Shown here in pieces: positions 28,810 to 40,945 of a stretch of DNA of 64,000 bases. The notes under the pieces were generated by a model that made no database searches, was not told the origin of the DNA, and saw nothing but the letters and a program-made list of their open reading frames with translations. The stretch lies in the NCBI RefSeq assembly GCF_009914755.1, contig NC_060930.1; one strand, 5' to 3'. The translations under genes and the position numbers were made by a program. The number at the start of each line of letters is the position of its first letter. Within the stretch, counting starts at the first letter, position 1. The DNA is from the human T2T-CHM13v2.0 reference genome, Homo sapiens.

Positions 28810-29198
28810 GAGTTTATTAAGGAGTATTAAACTCACATGATCACAAGGTCCCACAATAGGCCATCTGTAAGCTGAGGCACAAGGAAGCCAGTCTGAGTCC
28901 CAAAGCTGAAGAACTTAAAGTCTGATGTTTGAGGGCAGGAAGCATCCAGCATGGGAGAAAGACGTAGGCTGGCAGGCTAAGCCAGTCTATCCTTTTCATG
29001 TTTTTCTGCCTGCTTTATATCCTGGCCTCACTGGCAGCTGATTAGATGGTGCCCACCCAGATTAAGGGTGGGTCTACCTTTCCAAGCCCACTGACTCAAA
29101 TGTTAATCTCCTTTGGCAACACCCTCACAAACACACTCAGGATCAATACTTCGTATCCTTCAATCCAATCAAGTTGACACTCAGTATTGACCATCACA
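27615..29198 (-). mobile_element. 3' LTR (MLT2A1/A2) with internal AT-rich expansion
   Basis: TGTATTAGTCAGG...CAGTATTGACCATCACA, colinear with the 5' LTR except at 27646-28807. Confidence 0.93.
27646..28807. repeat. ~1.16 kb AT-rich micro/minisatellite (units ~17-21 bp, TATATAATATATAGTTATA)
   Basis: Directly visible tandem units with (TA)n and (CA)n tracts and inverted units toward the right end. Confidence 0.97.
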
Positions 29199-29599
29199 AA
29201 TCTGCCCTTCTCAGCTTGAACCCATACACATCTCTTGAGATCATACACACTTTTCAAATAAAGCCAAGGTCATAATTACACCTAACATAATACAACTGTA
29301 CTTTGTACAACCAGAAACACACCAATCCCTAACCCAAATACTCTTCCATAAAGTTAACAATACCTAAATGCTGATATAAAGTCAATAAATCTTCTGTCAC
29401 ATGATAAAGGAAAAAGGAAATAAAATGAAGATATTTTCTTAGTACAAGTGTATACATGCACAAATATGTTTTTAACAAAAGGAGAAGGAAATACTCTTGA
29501 CAATTACAGTCCTCGTTTCTGCAGCTGGTCACGTAGTCATAGCTGGTATTGATGACTACCTTCTTCTACTACCCATTCTGTATTCCCTTCGCTTTCAGC

Positions 29600-32480
29600 A
29601 AGCACCTCAGCAGGTTGTGGTTTTTTTCCTGTGGAGTGACCCAAACCTTCATTCCTGAGGGGTGTGGGCCATTTGTAGTCCTGCCTGGATTGGGCTGTTG
29701 TAGTTTCCCATTGACCTTAATCACAGGGCATGGTAATACTAAAAGATGCCCTAATGGATCTCCTGTATTCCATTCATACTCTTCCTTACCTCCATGTGAA
29801 GTAGATTAATTTTTGATAGTCTGAGTCAGTCACCCCAGTCAACACTGTAACTCACTTCTTAGCCTGTTGACTTAAAGGCAGGAGAAGCCCAAAGTGTCCA
29901 GTTGGCAATATTAACTTCCAGTTTAATGGAATCGTTGTTGTGTCTCCTGGTGGCTGCATTCCTCCCTCTGGAACTAAGACCTCTAGGCCAGCAGAATGTA
30001 ATGTCACAGGAAAAGAAAGCAAAAAAATTGTTAGTGGATCACTAGGGGTGATGGTGAGTGGTGCCACTTCCACTTCCACTCCTTGATTCCTGGACCCATG
30101 GATCCTGGCTATGGGAGAAATGGTACCATATATTGGATGCTGATTCAGAGTGTACATGGCCTTCTGGAGAATTTGCCCCAGCCCTGCAATGTATTGACAA
30201 CTAGTTGGCATTGTAATTGTGACTTTAAAAGGCCATTCCACCATTCTATCAATCCAGCTGCTTCAGGATGATGGAGAACATGGTAAGACCTGTGAATTCC
30301 ATGAGCATGAGCCCACTGCCACACTTCTTTAGCCATAAAGTGATTTCCTTGATCAGAGGCAATGCTGTTGGAATACCATGACAGTAGATAAGGCATTCCA
30401 TGAGTCCATGAATGGTAGTTTTGGCAGAAGCATTTTGTGCAAGATGGGCAAACCAATATCTGGAATGTCTATTCCAGTGAGGAGAGACCTCTGCTGAGGT
30501 CATCTCTTGATGAGCATTCACGTGGGATACAAATACCTTCACAGTTTTTGACAACTCAGAGAGGTCCATCCAACATACCTCTTCCCCAGATTTTTTTGTC
30601 ACTAATTTTCCAATCATGCTTCTTCCAAGTTCCTGACCATCCAGCCAAACCATTGTCTACAGCCCATGAATCAGTATATAATTGCACATCTGGCCATTTC
30701 TTCTTCCTTGAGAAGTGCATAATCAGGTGCGCTACTCAAAGTTCTGTCCACTGGGAAGATTTCCCTTTACCGCTGTCCCTCAGGGATTTCCTAAAAAGGG
30801 GCACTTAGTGAAACAGCTGTCCACTTTTGGGTGGTGCCTGGGTGTCATGCAGAACCATCTGTCAACCAGGTCCTAGTATTCTCTGCCTCTGTTGACTGAT
30901 CATAGGGAATTCCCCATGAGGCCATCAGTGCAGCCTGAGGAGAAGGCAGGGTGGCAGGAATGGAGACCTTGGGCATTTGAGCCACTTCCTCATGTAACTT
31001 ACTTGTGCCTTCAGGACCTGCTCAAGCCAAATATACCACTTCCATTTGATGATGGATTGCTACTGTGCACGACCCACTTTATGGCTAGATGGGTTAGAAA
31101 GCACTCAGTTCATGATAGTCAGTTCAGGTCACATGGTGACTTGATGACAAACATTCAGCTTCTGCCAAAGTCCAGTAACAGGCCAAGAGCTGTCTCTCAA
31201 AAGGGGAGTAGTAATCTGCAGAAGAATGGCATGGTCTTGCTTCAAAATCCTAGAGGCCTCTATCTACTGTGATTCACCTATGAGGGCCTGTCAAAGGCTC
31301 CAAACAGCATCCCTATATGCCACTGAAACCTCAAGCACCACTGGATCTGCTGGGTCTTACAGCCCAAGTGGCAGAGCAGCTTTCACAGCAGTCTGGACCT
31401 GTTGCAGAGCCTTCTCCTGTTTTGGACCCCACTCAAAATTGGCAGCTTTTTGAGTTACTCAATAAATGGGCCAGAATAACACTCCCAAATGAGGAATGTG
31501 TTGCCTCCAAAATCCAAATAGGCCCACCAGGCATTGGGCCTTTTTCTTGGTTGTGGGAGGGGCTAAATGCAGGAACTTATCCTTCACCTTAAAAGGAACA
31601 TCTCGACAGGCCACCATACCTTTGGACCTCTACAAATTTTACTGAAGTAGGAGGTCCCTGAATTTTAGTCAGATTTATTTCCCATCCTCTGACATGCAAA
31701 TATCTCCCCAGTAAGTGCAGTGTGTTTGCTACTGCTTGCTCATTGGATCCAATTAGCATGATGTCATCAATGTAATGGACCAGTGTGATATTTTGTGAAA
31801 GCAAAAGCAATCAAGGTCTCTCAAATAAGATTATGACACAAAGCTGGGAAGTTGATATACCCCATCGTAGGACAGTAAAGGTTGGCCTTGTCAGTTGAAG
31901 GCAAATTGCTTCTGGTGGGCCTAATGGACAGGAATGGAGAAAAAGGCATTTGCCAAGTCAATGGCTGCATACCAGATACCAGGAGATGTGTTAGTTTGCT
32001 CAAGCAATGAAATCACATTTGGTACAGCAGCTGCAATTGGAGTCACTACTTGATTAAGCTTATGATAATCCACTGTCATTTTCCAAGATCTATCTGTCTT
32101 CTGCACAGGCCAAATGGGAGAATTGAACGGGGATGTGGTGGGAATCACCACCCCTGTGTCTTTCAAGATATTGATGGTGGCATTAATCTCTGCAATCCCT
32201 CCAGGAATGTGATATTGTTTTTGATTCACAATTTTTCTAGGTAGATGCAGCTCTAATGACTTCCATTTGGCCTTTTCCACCATAATAGCCCTCACCCTGC
32301 TAGTCAGGGAGTCAATGTGGGGGTTCTGCCAGATGCTAAGGATGTCAATGTCAGCTCAGAGCCAGTGTCCAGTAGTCCCCAAAATGTCTGATCTTTTCCT
32401 TTTCTCCAGTACACAGTTACCCTGGTAAAAGGCCAGAGGTCTCCTTAGGGAAGGATGGGAGAAAGATTAAGAGCATAAAT
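29600..32480 (-). pseudogene. HERV-L pol remnant (PR-RT-RNaseH-IN-dUTPase), disrupted
   Basis: RT motifs [32 protein letters not shown] and HYIDD; integrase SDQGNHF..HHPEAAGLIE; dUTPase-like AGLEVLVP..GHFGLLLP; many stops and frameshifts; boundaries approximate. Confidence 0.92.
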
Positions 32481-32519
32481 TGTTGGTAGTATAGTAGGGT
32501 CCTTCCTCAAGGGGACCTG

Positions 32520-34240
32520 GCCTCACCTTCATTGAAGGGGTTTTGAGTCTGTAAACTGGCTCACCTCTGGAAATTGATTGAGGGGCAGGGATACTCTGTT
32601 TTTACAATTCAAATTAGTCTTTTGTCCATTCAACCTTGAAGTTTTCTGCTTATATAAATTAAGTAGGAATGCAGTAGGCTTCCTATCAATTTCACTTCTA
32701 GGAACACTGTGATAAATTAGCCAATGCCAGAATTCTACACTAGTCAGACTATTCTGATTGCTGCTTTGCCTCTGCTGGCCCATTAAGGTAGCTAGGCCCA
32801 CCTTGCCTTTGATGGTTGAGTGTCACCACTTTGCTCCTACCACCTCGGGCTCCAATTATTCCTATTGTTTTAAAATTTTGTAGTTGAGCTACTGTGGTTC
32901 CCACTGTGAGATCTGACATACACAGAAGAGCAGTTAAAGGGCTCTTCAAAGATGCAGGTGCTGTCCTCACAAATCTATTTTGCAAGGCATTGCTCAAGGA
33001 TATATCTTCTGGACCCTCATAGCTGGGATAAGTAGTTCTAAAGTGATTAATCCACTCCACCATCCCAATCTCCCTAAGCCTTTAGATTCCTTCCTCTACA
33101 TTAAACCAAGGAAGATTAGGTATTTCCAGCTTCCTCACACTGTGCCATCTTCTAATCCATATTTCAGCTAACTAAGCAAATAAATTATTAGAACCTTTTT
33201 TAATTCCCCAAGCTGCAACATTAAATGCAGAATCCCTATTTAGGGGACCCAAATCAATAAATTCTGCCTGATCCAAATCTATGTTCTTTCCACCATTATC
33301 TCACATCATTAATATCCATTCCCATGCCTGTTCTCCAGATTTCTGCTTATATAAATTAGAATACTCAAGCAGTTCTTTTCGAGTGTAGTACACACCACCT
33401 CATGGGTCACACTCTCAACCTCACTTCTAGGGGCCTGCTGGGACTTTAGTCTAGTTATAGGTTTAGAAGCAAGCAGGGGTGTTGGGGATGGCTCCTGAGT
33501 AGAATCAACATTATCATGCCTGGCAACTGCCTCAGGGGAGGCCATAACTGTTGCCTCAGGCAGTGCAGGGTTTATCTACTCAGACAAAGGTGGAAAGGCT
33601 GATGTCAGCATGGGTTGGGAAGGGGATGTTGTCAGTAGTGGGGATGGGAAGCTGTTTCTTCTGGTAAAAACATTCATCAGAGTTTACAAGCTCAGTGTCC
33701 CCAGCTTCATCAGGGTCCTCCTACAAATCCATATTCCAAGTTGTAGGGTCCCATTCTTTTCCAATCAATGCCCTCACTTTAGCAGTAGACACCTGGAGAG
33801 GCTTTGCATGCACCTTTCATTGAAGGTCAGCTACTTGCAAGATAAGAGCTTGTGACTGTTTTTCCACAATTTCAGCTCTTTCTCTGCAGGAAGGAAGACT
33901 CTCACTCAGGGCAATTTTAGCAGATTCGAGTCTCAGTATCTGCTTCTGAAGCCGGGAGATAGAATTTCTGAGCCTATCATTTTCTTACATTGCTTTGTCC
34001 AGTGAACTTAGGAGCAACCAACCAATTTCGTTGTATTCCTTCGTTCTCCAGATATTGTCAAAGGTATTATGTATAAGAGTCACTAAACTCCTTGCCTCTC
34101 ATGAGCGGTGAATCAGGAGTGATAAACGGATATATTTTGCACAACTCTCTAAACAGTTCATACCAAAGACTATAAGTGTTCTCTATACTATTAGAAGTAC
34201 AGTCCTTAGCATTATGGGGCCTAATTATATTAAGCAGCCA
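32520..34240 (-). pseudogene. HERV-L gag remnant
   Basis: Fragments such as EGPEDISLSNALQNRFVRTAPASLKSP and FWHWLIYHSVPRSEIDRKPTAFLLNLYKQK are typical of ERV-L Gag. Confidence 0.88.
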
Positions 34241-34320
34241 ACTCTAGAAACCCCAAAACCAATGAAAAAGCTCCATCCTTAATATTCTGTTCCTCTAGAA
34301 CCACTCCTGGTACCAAAATC

Positions 34321-34767
34321 TGTATGTCAGCATTCTCTAGAAGGACAGAGCTAATAGGATAGATAAATAGATATAAAGGGAATTTATTAAGGAGTATTAA
34401 ACTTACATGATCACAAGATCCCATAATAGGCCATCTGCAAGCTGTGGAGCAAAGAAGCCAGTCCAAGTCCCAAAGCTGAAGAACTTAGAGTCTGATGTTT
34501 GAGGGTAGGAAGCTTCCAGCATGGGAGAAGAATGTAGGCTGGGAAGCTAAGCCAGTCTATCCTTTTCATGTTTTTCTGCCTGTTTTATATCCTGGCCACG
34601 CTGACAACTAATTAGATTGTGCCCACCCAGATTAAGGGTGGGTCTGCTTTCCCAGTCCACTGACTCAAATGTTAATCTCCTTTGGCAACACCTTCACAGA
34701 TATATCCAGGATCGATACTTTGCATCCTTCAATCCAATCAAGTCAGCACTCAGTATTAACCATCACA
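34321..34767 (-). mobile_element. 5' LTR (MLT2A1/A2), 447 bp
   Basis: TGTATGTCAG...CAGTATTAACCATCACA; paralogous to 27615-29198. Confidence 0.94.
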
Positions 34768-36609
34768 ACACCCAACACATAATAAGATACTAAAAAAAAA
34801 TCTATAGATGGAATTAATAGCTCAGTGAATTTGGTGATAACTAGCTGAGAAGTTAAAGTTGGAGATCTAAGGACTGGGTGTATTCTTTGAAGAACTGTAT
34901 AAATAGAAAGGATAATTTTGCTATTGAATAAGGTGCCCTTTTTTAGCAAGACAACTATAGTTGAAGCATTTGAATTGAAGAAATATAAAATATAAACTCT
35001 AATAAAATAATTTTCTATAATTTCCTGGAAATGACGTGAATCAAAAATCAGGGAGATGTCTAAAGAAATCAATATGCAATACGAGTGTTGAAACTCACAT
35101 CAAAATCAATCATTTAGACAACAGAGGCTAGGTTCAGATACAAAGTTGGAAAATTAACTAGAATTAGCTTCAAGAAGAATATGATGCACTTGAAATTTAT
35201 TTAAAATTTTATTTTAAAATTAGTTTCACTGTAGTTATGTCACTTACTAATCATAGGCTTTTTCTTTAAAAATTAGTGTCTTGAATTTTTTGAGAGGTCA
35301 TTTTTTTTTTAGTCATAAACTTTTTATTTCACCCCTTAAAAAGGGATTTAGAAGAATTATACAAATCACCTAATTTCCTTAACCAGCCCAAAGTATAATG
35401 AATCAAAGTCGTTTGCTTCTTAAAAGTTTCTACTGAAAATCCAAACATAAATATTTATAATTTTTTGTGGTTTTGTATTTTAGTAACCATCTAAAATTGA
35501 AATAATTCAAGCAGAATATATTTTGAATTTAAGTTAACTTTATATACACTTAAAATGTATTCACAGAATCAGATCCTTTAAAAAAGTTACAGTCAGATAT
35601 ATAACTATGAAATATATAAAAATATGCCTAGTGCTAGATTGCCAGAATCACATGAGAAGAACACACATTAAGTACTTTCTGTTTGTTTATTTTTACAAAG
35701 ATTTCTTAATATAGAGATTTCATGTCATGAATCCTGGGGAAAGCCAGACATCAGTGACACTGACTGTTGACATGAGCCAAAATAAAATCAATCTGAAAAG
35801 ATTGCTTACTGTTTATGCTTCGTCTGCCTATTTCAGACTCCAGAGTAAATCTTTGTTTTTGTCCAAGCTTTCTCATTTCCAATGAAAGCTTCTAATAGCT
35901 GTATATTTGATAAATGGCAATTGCAGACTTCCCCAATGCAATCCTCAATAACGTGAGCTATGTGTTTTGCAAGTGTTAATTCTCAAGAGGACTGAGCACA
36001 GAAAGAAACTAAATATCACTGTTATTTATTTTATGGCTTCAAAGGCATTGTTCTACCCATTTATGGAAATTTATCAGAAATTATTATATATTAAATATAA
36101 GTAATATATCTACTAAGATTTATCACTATTAAAATATAAGTAATAGAGTTGGTATGTTAGAAATGTGAAATTCTAAGAGAGATTTTTCAAAAAAGAAAGT
36201 CAGCTTTCCTGAATCAATCTATGTTCTAACCTTTTCCTGATATTGATAACCTAAATTCAATTGCACCATATAAGATGGAGACAAAAATGCATCAGCTTAT
36301 TTCGTTTCTACTTCCCCACCCCTTAGCTATTTGTTTTATTTTCATTTTTAGTTAAAGTCTCATGTGGAAACAGTTTTTCCTGTAAGTTAACATTGCTGTT
36401 TGTCTTACAGCTTGCTCATCTACCACCTTCATTCCAGTATGAGACAGTAATCAAATTAGAATGTGGGGAAATGGCTCATAACTTATTGAGATAGCCTATA
36501 GAATAGTTCAATGAGGGTTTATATAACTCCAACCAGGTACCATTCCTTTTAGATTAAACAATCATTTAGATTTAAAAATGATGTTGGAAGAAAGTTTAAA
36601 ATCGATTTT

Positions 36610-36720
36610 AACATCTTAATTCACAGATGAGAAACCTGAGGCTCATAAAGTTTAAAAAGATGAGACATAGGTCATATTGCAAGTTAGTGGCAAAGCACTC
36701 AGAACCCAACTCCTCTACCT
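36610..36720 (-). mobile_element. MIR fragment
   Basis: ACAGATGAGAAACCTGAGGCTCA...GGTCATA..GCAAGTTAGTGGCA core motif. Confidence 0.7.
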
Positions 36721-37732
36721 TTTAACTCAAGAAATATTTTAATTATAAAATTATCCTAAATTTTCTGTTTGTTTTACATTTTGTATTGCATATTTTGGCT
36801 CCCATAACTACTATTATTTCCACAAAAATGATTTTACATAATATTTCATCCATAAAACTTTTATTTAATGCTGATACAAGACATCTTTATTCACAAATGT
36901 GATCAACAAATTTTGGGGGGCAACTTTTCTATGCCAAGCACTACCCTAAGTTCTGAAAATATAGAAGTTAACAAAACAATAAAAATCACCATCCTTATTG
37001 TAGCATACTATCTAAGTACTGGCAATTATATTGGTATAATTGCCAATACCACCTTAGTCAATGAAATTGTTTCTTTGGTTAGAATTATTTTAGACAAGGG
37101 GTTTATGTTGATTCTAAAAATACTCTCTGAATGACAAGAGCAGCAGTGGTTATTCCAGTTTCAAAATCAGAATTACTGTGCCCAGACAAGGGAATGTAGC
37201 AAGCAAGGATAGAATCAAGAGAGATACAACTTTCCATAATGCCAAGCTTATAGGAAGACAGAGCTCTAACTGACTTATATAAAAACAGATAAATACAACT
37301 GACATTTATTCAGTATCCATGTGACTGTTAGCCCTGACATCTTGTTTGCTATTTAGTTACAGGCACTTTGAACTATGTGAGCCACATAGTAGTTGCTCAA
37401 TAAATACCCTGGAAATGAAAGAATGGATAATCTAAACCAGATATTGTTCTAGATTTCAGAGATATAGAGATGAATAAAATATGATCCCATCTTGTTAGAC
37501 ATTCATAATATCATTGTAAACATAATATTTATTAAATGTCTTCTATTGATCAAACACTGTGCTAGGTAGTACATTGGGAATAGAAAATAAATAAAATTTA
37601 ATTCTCTCAGGGAACTTATCTAAGTTCTAGTAGAAATTGGATTGTTGCTATTTAGTAATAAATAGTTTGAATACTGAAGCTATGGACAGACACTACTTTG
37701 TACTGGGGAACAAAAAAAAATTGTCATCTTTC

Positions 37733-37984
37733 CTAAATGGAATTAGTACCTTATAAAGTAGAGTCCAGAGAGCTAGCTTCCCCTTTTCACCATGTGAGTA
37801 CATGGCAAAAAGGCAATGTTGAAATGTTGAAGAACCAGAAAGTAAACCCTCACCAGACAACAAATCTGCTAGTACCTTGATCTTGGACTTTCCAGGCTCT
37901 AGGTCTGTGAAAACTAAATTGTGGTTATTTATAAGCTACCTACCTTAGGGCATTTTGTTATAGCAGCCTGAACAGACCAAGACA
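37733..37984 (+). mobile_element. MLT1A-type LTR, 3' part
   Basis: CCCTCACCAGACA..AAATCTGCT.GTACCTTGATCTTGGACTT...TTGTTATAGCAGCCTGAACAGACCAAGACA. Confidence 0.85.
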
Positions 37985-38001
37985 CATCACATCACAATTT
38001 A

Positions 38002-38121
38002 TTTCTTCTCCTCCTCCTTCTTCTCCTCCTCCTCCTCCTCCTTCTTCTTTTTCTTCTTCTTCTTCACCTTCGCCTTCTCCTTCTCCTTCTTCTCCTTCTC
38101 CTTCTCCTTTCTTCTTTTTTT
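38002..38121. repeat. Polypyrimidine (TCC/TTC)n low-complexity tract
   Basis: Mixed TCC, TTC and TTCTCC units. Confidence 0.95.
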
Positions 38122-38139
38122 GTTTGCCTGTGATGTTAT

Positions 38140-38810
38140 CTATAAATTTTTTGTAGCTCTTCTCCTTTGAGGTATCTAATAAAATTCTCTTTCCTCTTCT
38201 CTCTCTGTTTTTCTTTGCTATACTGTCTTCCAAGGTGACCTTATTTAGTCTCATGGCTATAAATAGAATCTACATATCAACAACTCCAAAATGTTTCTCT
38301 CCAGCTCTGCATCTGCTAATCTCCCCAGAACTCCAAAATTAAAAACAAGTGCTTATTCTACATCTCTAATTGGATGCTTAGTCAGCATCACAAATTTAAT
38401 GGGACCAAACAGAAACAGTGATTTTCCCCCTGCATTCAACCTACTCTACCTTAATCTTCCATTTCATGAAGGGATACCACCCTTCCTCAACCCTCCATTC
38501 CTGTTCCAACCTGATCTCTGATTACTCAGTCTTTCTCAATATTCATATTTAATCTCTAACCAAATGCTGTCACTCCACTCTCCAAAACATTTTCTGAATG
38601 TTTCCATCTCTCTCTATTTATTGCTACCATCATGGTCCAGTTCTCCATAATCTGCTCTCTAGACCACCACAATAGTTTTCCTCCCTGCTACAGTCTTCCT
38701 CACAAAGAGAAGTCAGAAAAATATTTTAAAAATAATAGTCCAATGACATCACTCACATACCTTCTTTAAAAGCAATCATTACTCCTAAAATTGAAATTAA
38801 AGCTCTGGCT
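38140..38810 (+). mobile_element. L2 fragment
   Basis: GGTGACCTTATTTAGTCTCATGGCT..AAATA..ATCTACATAT...AACTCCAAAAT..TCTCCAGC resembles the L2 RT (YADDSQ) region and downstream motifs. Confidence 0.7.
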
Positions 38811-38836
38811 TTCAAACCAATCTAGCTAGAGGCTAG

Positions 38837-39133
38837 AAAAGAATTTTCAACCCAGAATTTCATATCCCACCAAACTAAGCTTCATAAGTGAAGGAGAAAT
38901 AAAATCCTTTACAGACAAACATATGCTGAGAGATTTTGTCACCACCAGGCCTGTCCTGCAAGAGCTCCTGAAGGAAGCACTAAACATGGAAAGGAACAAC
39001 TGGTACCAGCCACTGCAAAAACATGCCAAATTGTAAAGACCATCGATGCTAGGAAGAAACTGTATCAACTAACGAGCAAAATAACCAGCTAACATTATAA
39101 TGACAGGATCAAATTCACACATAACAATGTTAA
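38837..39133 (+). mobile_element. Isolated L1PA internal fragment (ORF1 end, spacer, ORF2 start)
   Basis: KNFQPRISYPTKLSFISEGEIKSF...PLQKHAKL* followed by ATGACAGGATCAAATTCACACATAACAAT. Confidence 0.95.
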
Positions 39134-39580
39134 GCTTCTTGAAAGAGAGGATGCAGAATCATCACCCCTGAGGTTCCAGCTATGTAATTAGCAGATTTTG
39201 AGATGAATCAATAAAGTAAAAACAGTTGATTCAAAATTTTTAAATTACCATAATAAGTATAGAGAAAGAAGACTAAAAGGATCCATATTGAAATACTTAT
39301 TATAGTTTACTCAAGACGGAAGAACTGATTTATTTGTTTATTCAACAAATATTTGTAGGGCACTTATTAGTTTCAGGCATTGTTCAAGTTTCTAGGCATA
39401 TGTAAGTGAACAAGTTGGAGAAAGTCTCCAAACTCCTACAATTACATTATGGTAATTGGAGACATTTTAAAAAGAAAGGAGAGAAATAGGGAGTAAAAAA
39501 AGAAGATACCAGATAGACTAAGTGCTATGACAAGAATTTAAGGGCTGTAATGTGATCAAGAGTGACTTTTTAAGTAATCT

Positions 39581-39708
39581 AGACGGGTTAATGGGTGCAG
39601 CACATCAACATGGCACATGTATACATATGTAACAAACCTGCATGTTGTACACATGTACCCTAGAACTTCAAGTATAATAAAAAATATATAAAAATAAAAA
39701 TAAATAAG
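39581..39708 (+). mobile_element. Short L1PA 3' end
   Basis: GGGTTAATGGGTGCAGCAC..CATGGCACATGTATACATATGTAACAAACCTGCA...GTATAATAAAAAA. Confidence 0.92.
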
Positions 39709-39868
39709 AGAAAAATAATAATACAATTATAGGACTAAGTAAATATGGCATTAAAAAACCTAACAAAATAAAAGAAGAGTTAAGAGGAGAGAGGATGCAT
39801 AGTAGACACTACTGGATGCTGGACTGAGCTGCTTAAACTTCAGTGGTGGGCAGTAAGGAAGGCTCCCA

Positions 39869-40945
39869 ATTATGTATTATTAAAAATAATACACAATTTT
39901 ATTACGTATTATTAAAAATAATACACAATTTTATTACGTATTATTAAAAATAATACACAATTTTATTACGTATTATTAAAAATAATACACAATTTTATTA
40001 CGTATTATTAAAAATAATACACAATTTTATTACGTATTATTAAAAATAATACACAATTTTATTACGTATTATTAAAAATAATACACAATTTTATTACGTA
40101 TTATTAAAAATAATACACAATTTTATTACGTATTATTAAAAATGCACAATTTTATTACGTATTATTAAAAATGATGCACACTTTTATTACGTATTATTAA
40201 AAATAATGCACTTTTATTATGTAATATTAAAAATAATGCACTTTTATTACGTATTATTAAAAATAATGCACTTTTATTACATATTATTAAAAATAATGCA
40301 CACTTTTATTACGTATTATTAAAAATAATGCACTTTTATTACGTAATATTAAAAATAATGCACACTTTTATTATGTATTATTAAAAATAATGCACTTTTA
40401 TTACGTATTAAAAATAATGCACACTTGTATTACGTATTATTAAAAATAATGCACTTTTATTACGTATTATTAAAAATAATGCACACTTTTATTACGTATT
40501 ATTAAAAATAATGCACACTTTTATTACGTATTATTAAAAATAATGCACACTTGTATTACGTATTATTAAAAATAATGCACACTTGTATTACGTATTATTA
40601 AAAATAATACACACTTGTATTACGTATTATTAAAAATAATGCACACTTGTATTACGTATTATTAAAAATAGTGCACACTTTTATTACGTATTATTAAAAA
40701 TAGTGCACACTTTTATTACGTATTATTAAAAATAATACACACTTTTATTATGTATTATTAAAAATAATGCACACTTTTATTACGTATTATTAAAAATAAT
40801 GCACACTTTTATTACGTATTATTAAAAATAGTACACACTTTTATTACGTATTATTAAAAATAATACACAATTTTATTACGTATTATTAAAAATAATACAT
40901 AATTTTATTACGAATTGTTAAAAATAATACATAGTTTTATTATGT
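39869..40945. repeat. AT-rich minisatellite (VNTR), 30-32-bp unit, about 34 copies
   Basis: Unit ATTACGTATTATTAAAAATAATACACAATTTT with variants (..ATGCACACTTTT, ..ATGCACTTTT, ..CTTGT). Confidence 0.97.

Larger units (their letters stand above)
27615..34767 (-). mobile_element. HERV-L provirus, near full length, two MLT2A LTRs
   Basis: Directly repeated LTRs, HERVL leader GATTTTGGTACCAGGAGTGG next to the 5' LTR, gag/RT/RNaseH/IN/dUTPase remnants, no env; flanks ATGCC/ACACC consistent with a CpG-decayed ACGCC TSD. Confidence 0.96.

Noticed and set aside
29600-34240. Intact or domesticated HERV-L gag/pol gene
   Set aside because: No ORF exceeds about 135 aa; there are many stops, frameshifts and apparent internal deletions.
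37958-38254. Glu/Gly-rich ORF resembling RPGR-ORF15-like acidic repeats
   Set aside because: Simply the translation of a (GGA/GAA)n low-complexity tract between an MLT1A and an L2.
39869-40945. 32-bp periodic repeat as a CRISPR array
   Set aside because: Units are contiguous with no unique spacers, there are no cas genes, and the context is eukaryotic; it is a minisatellite.
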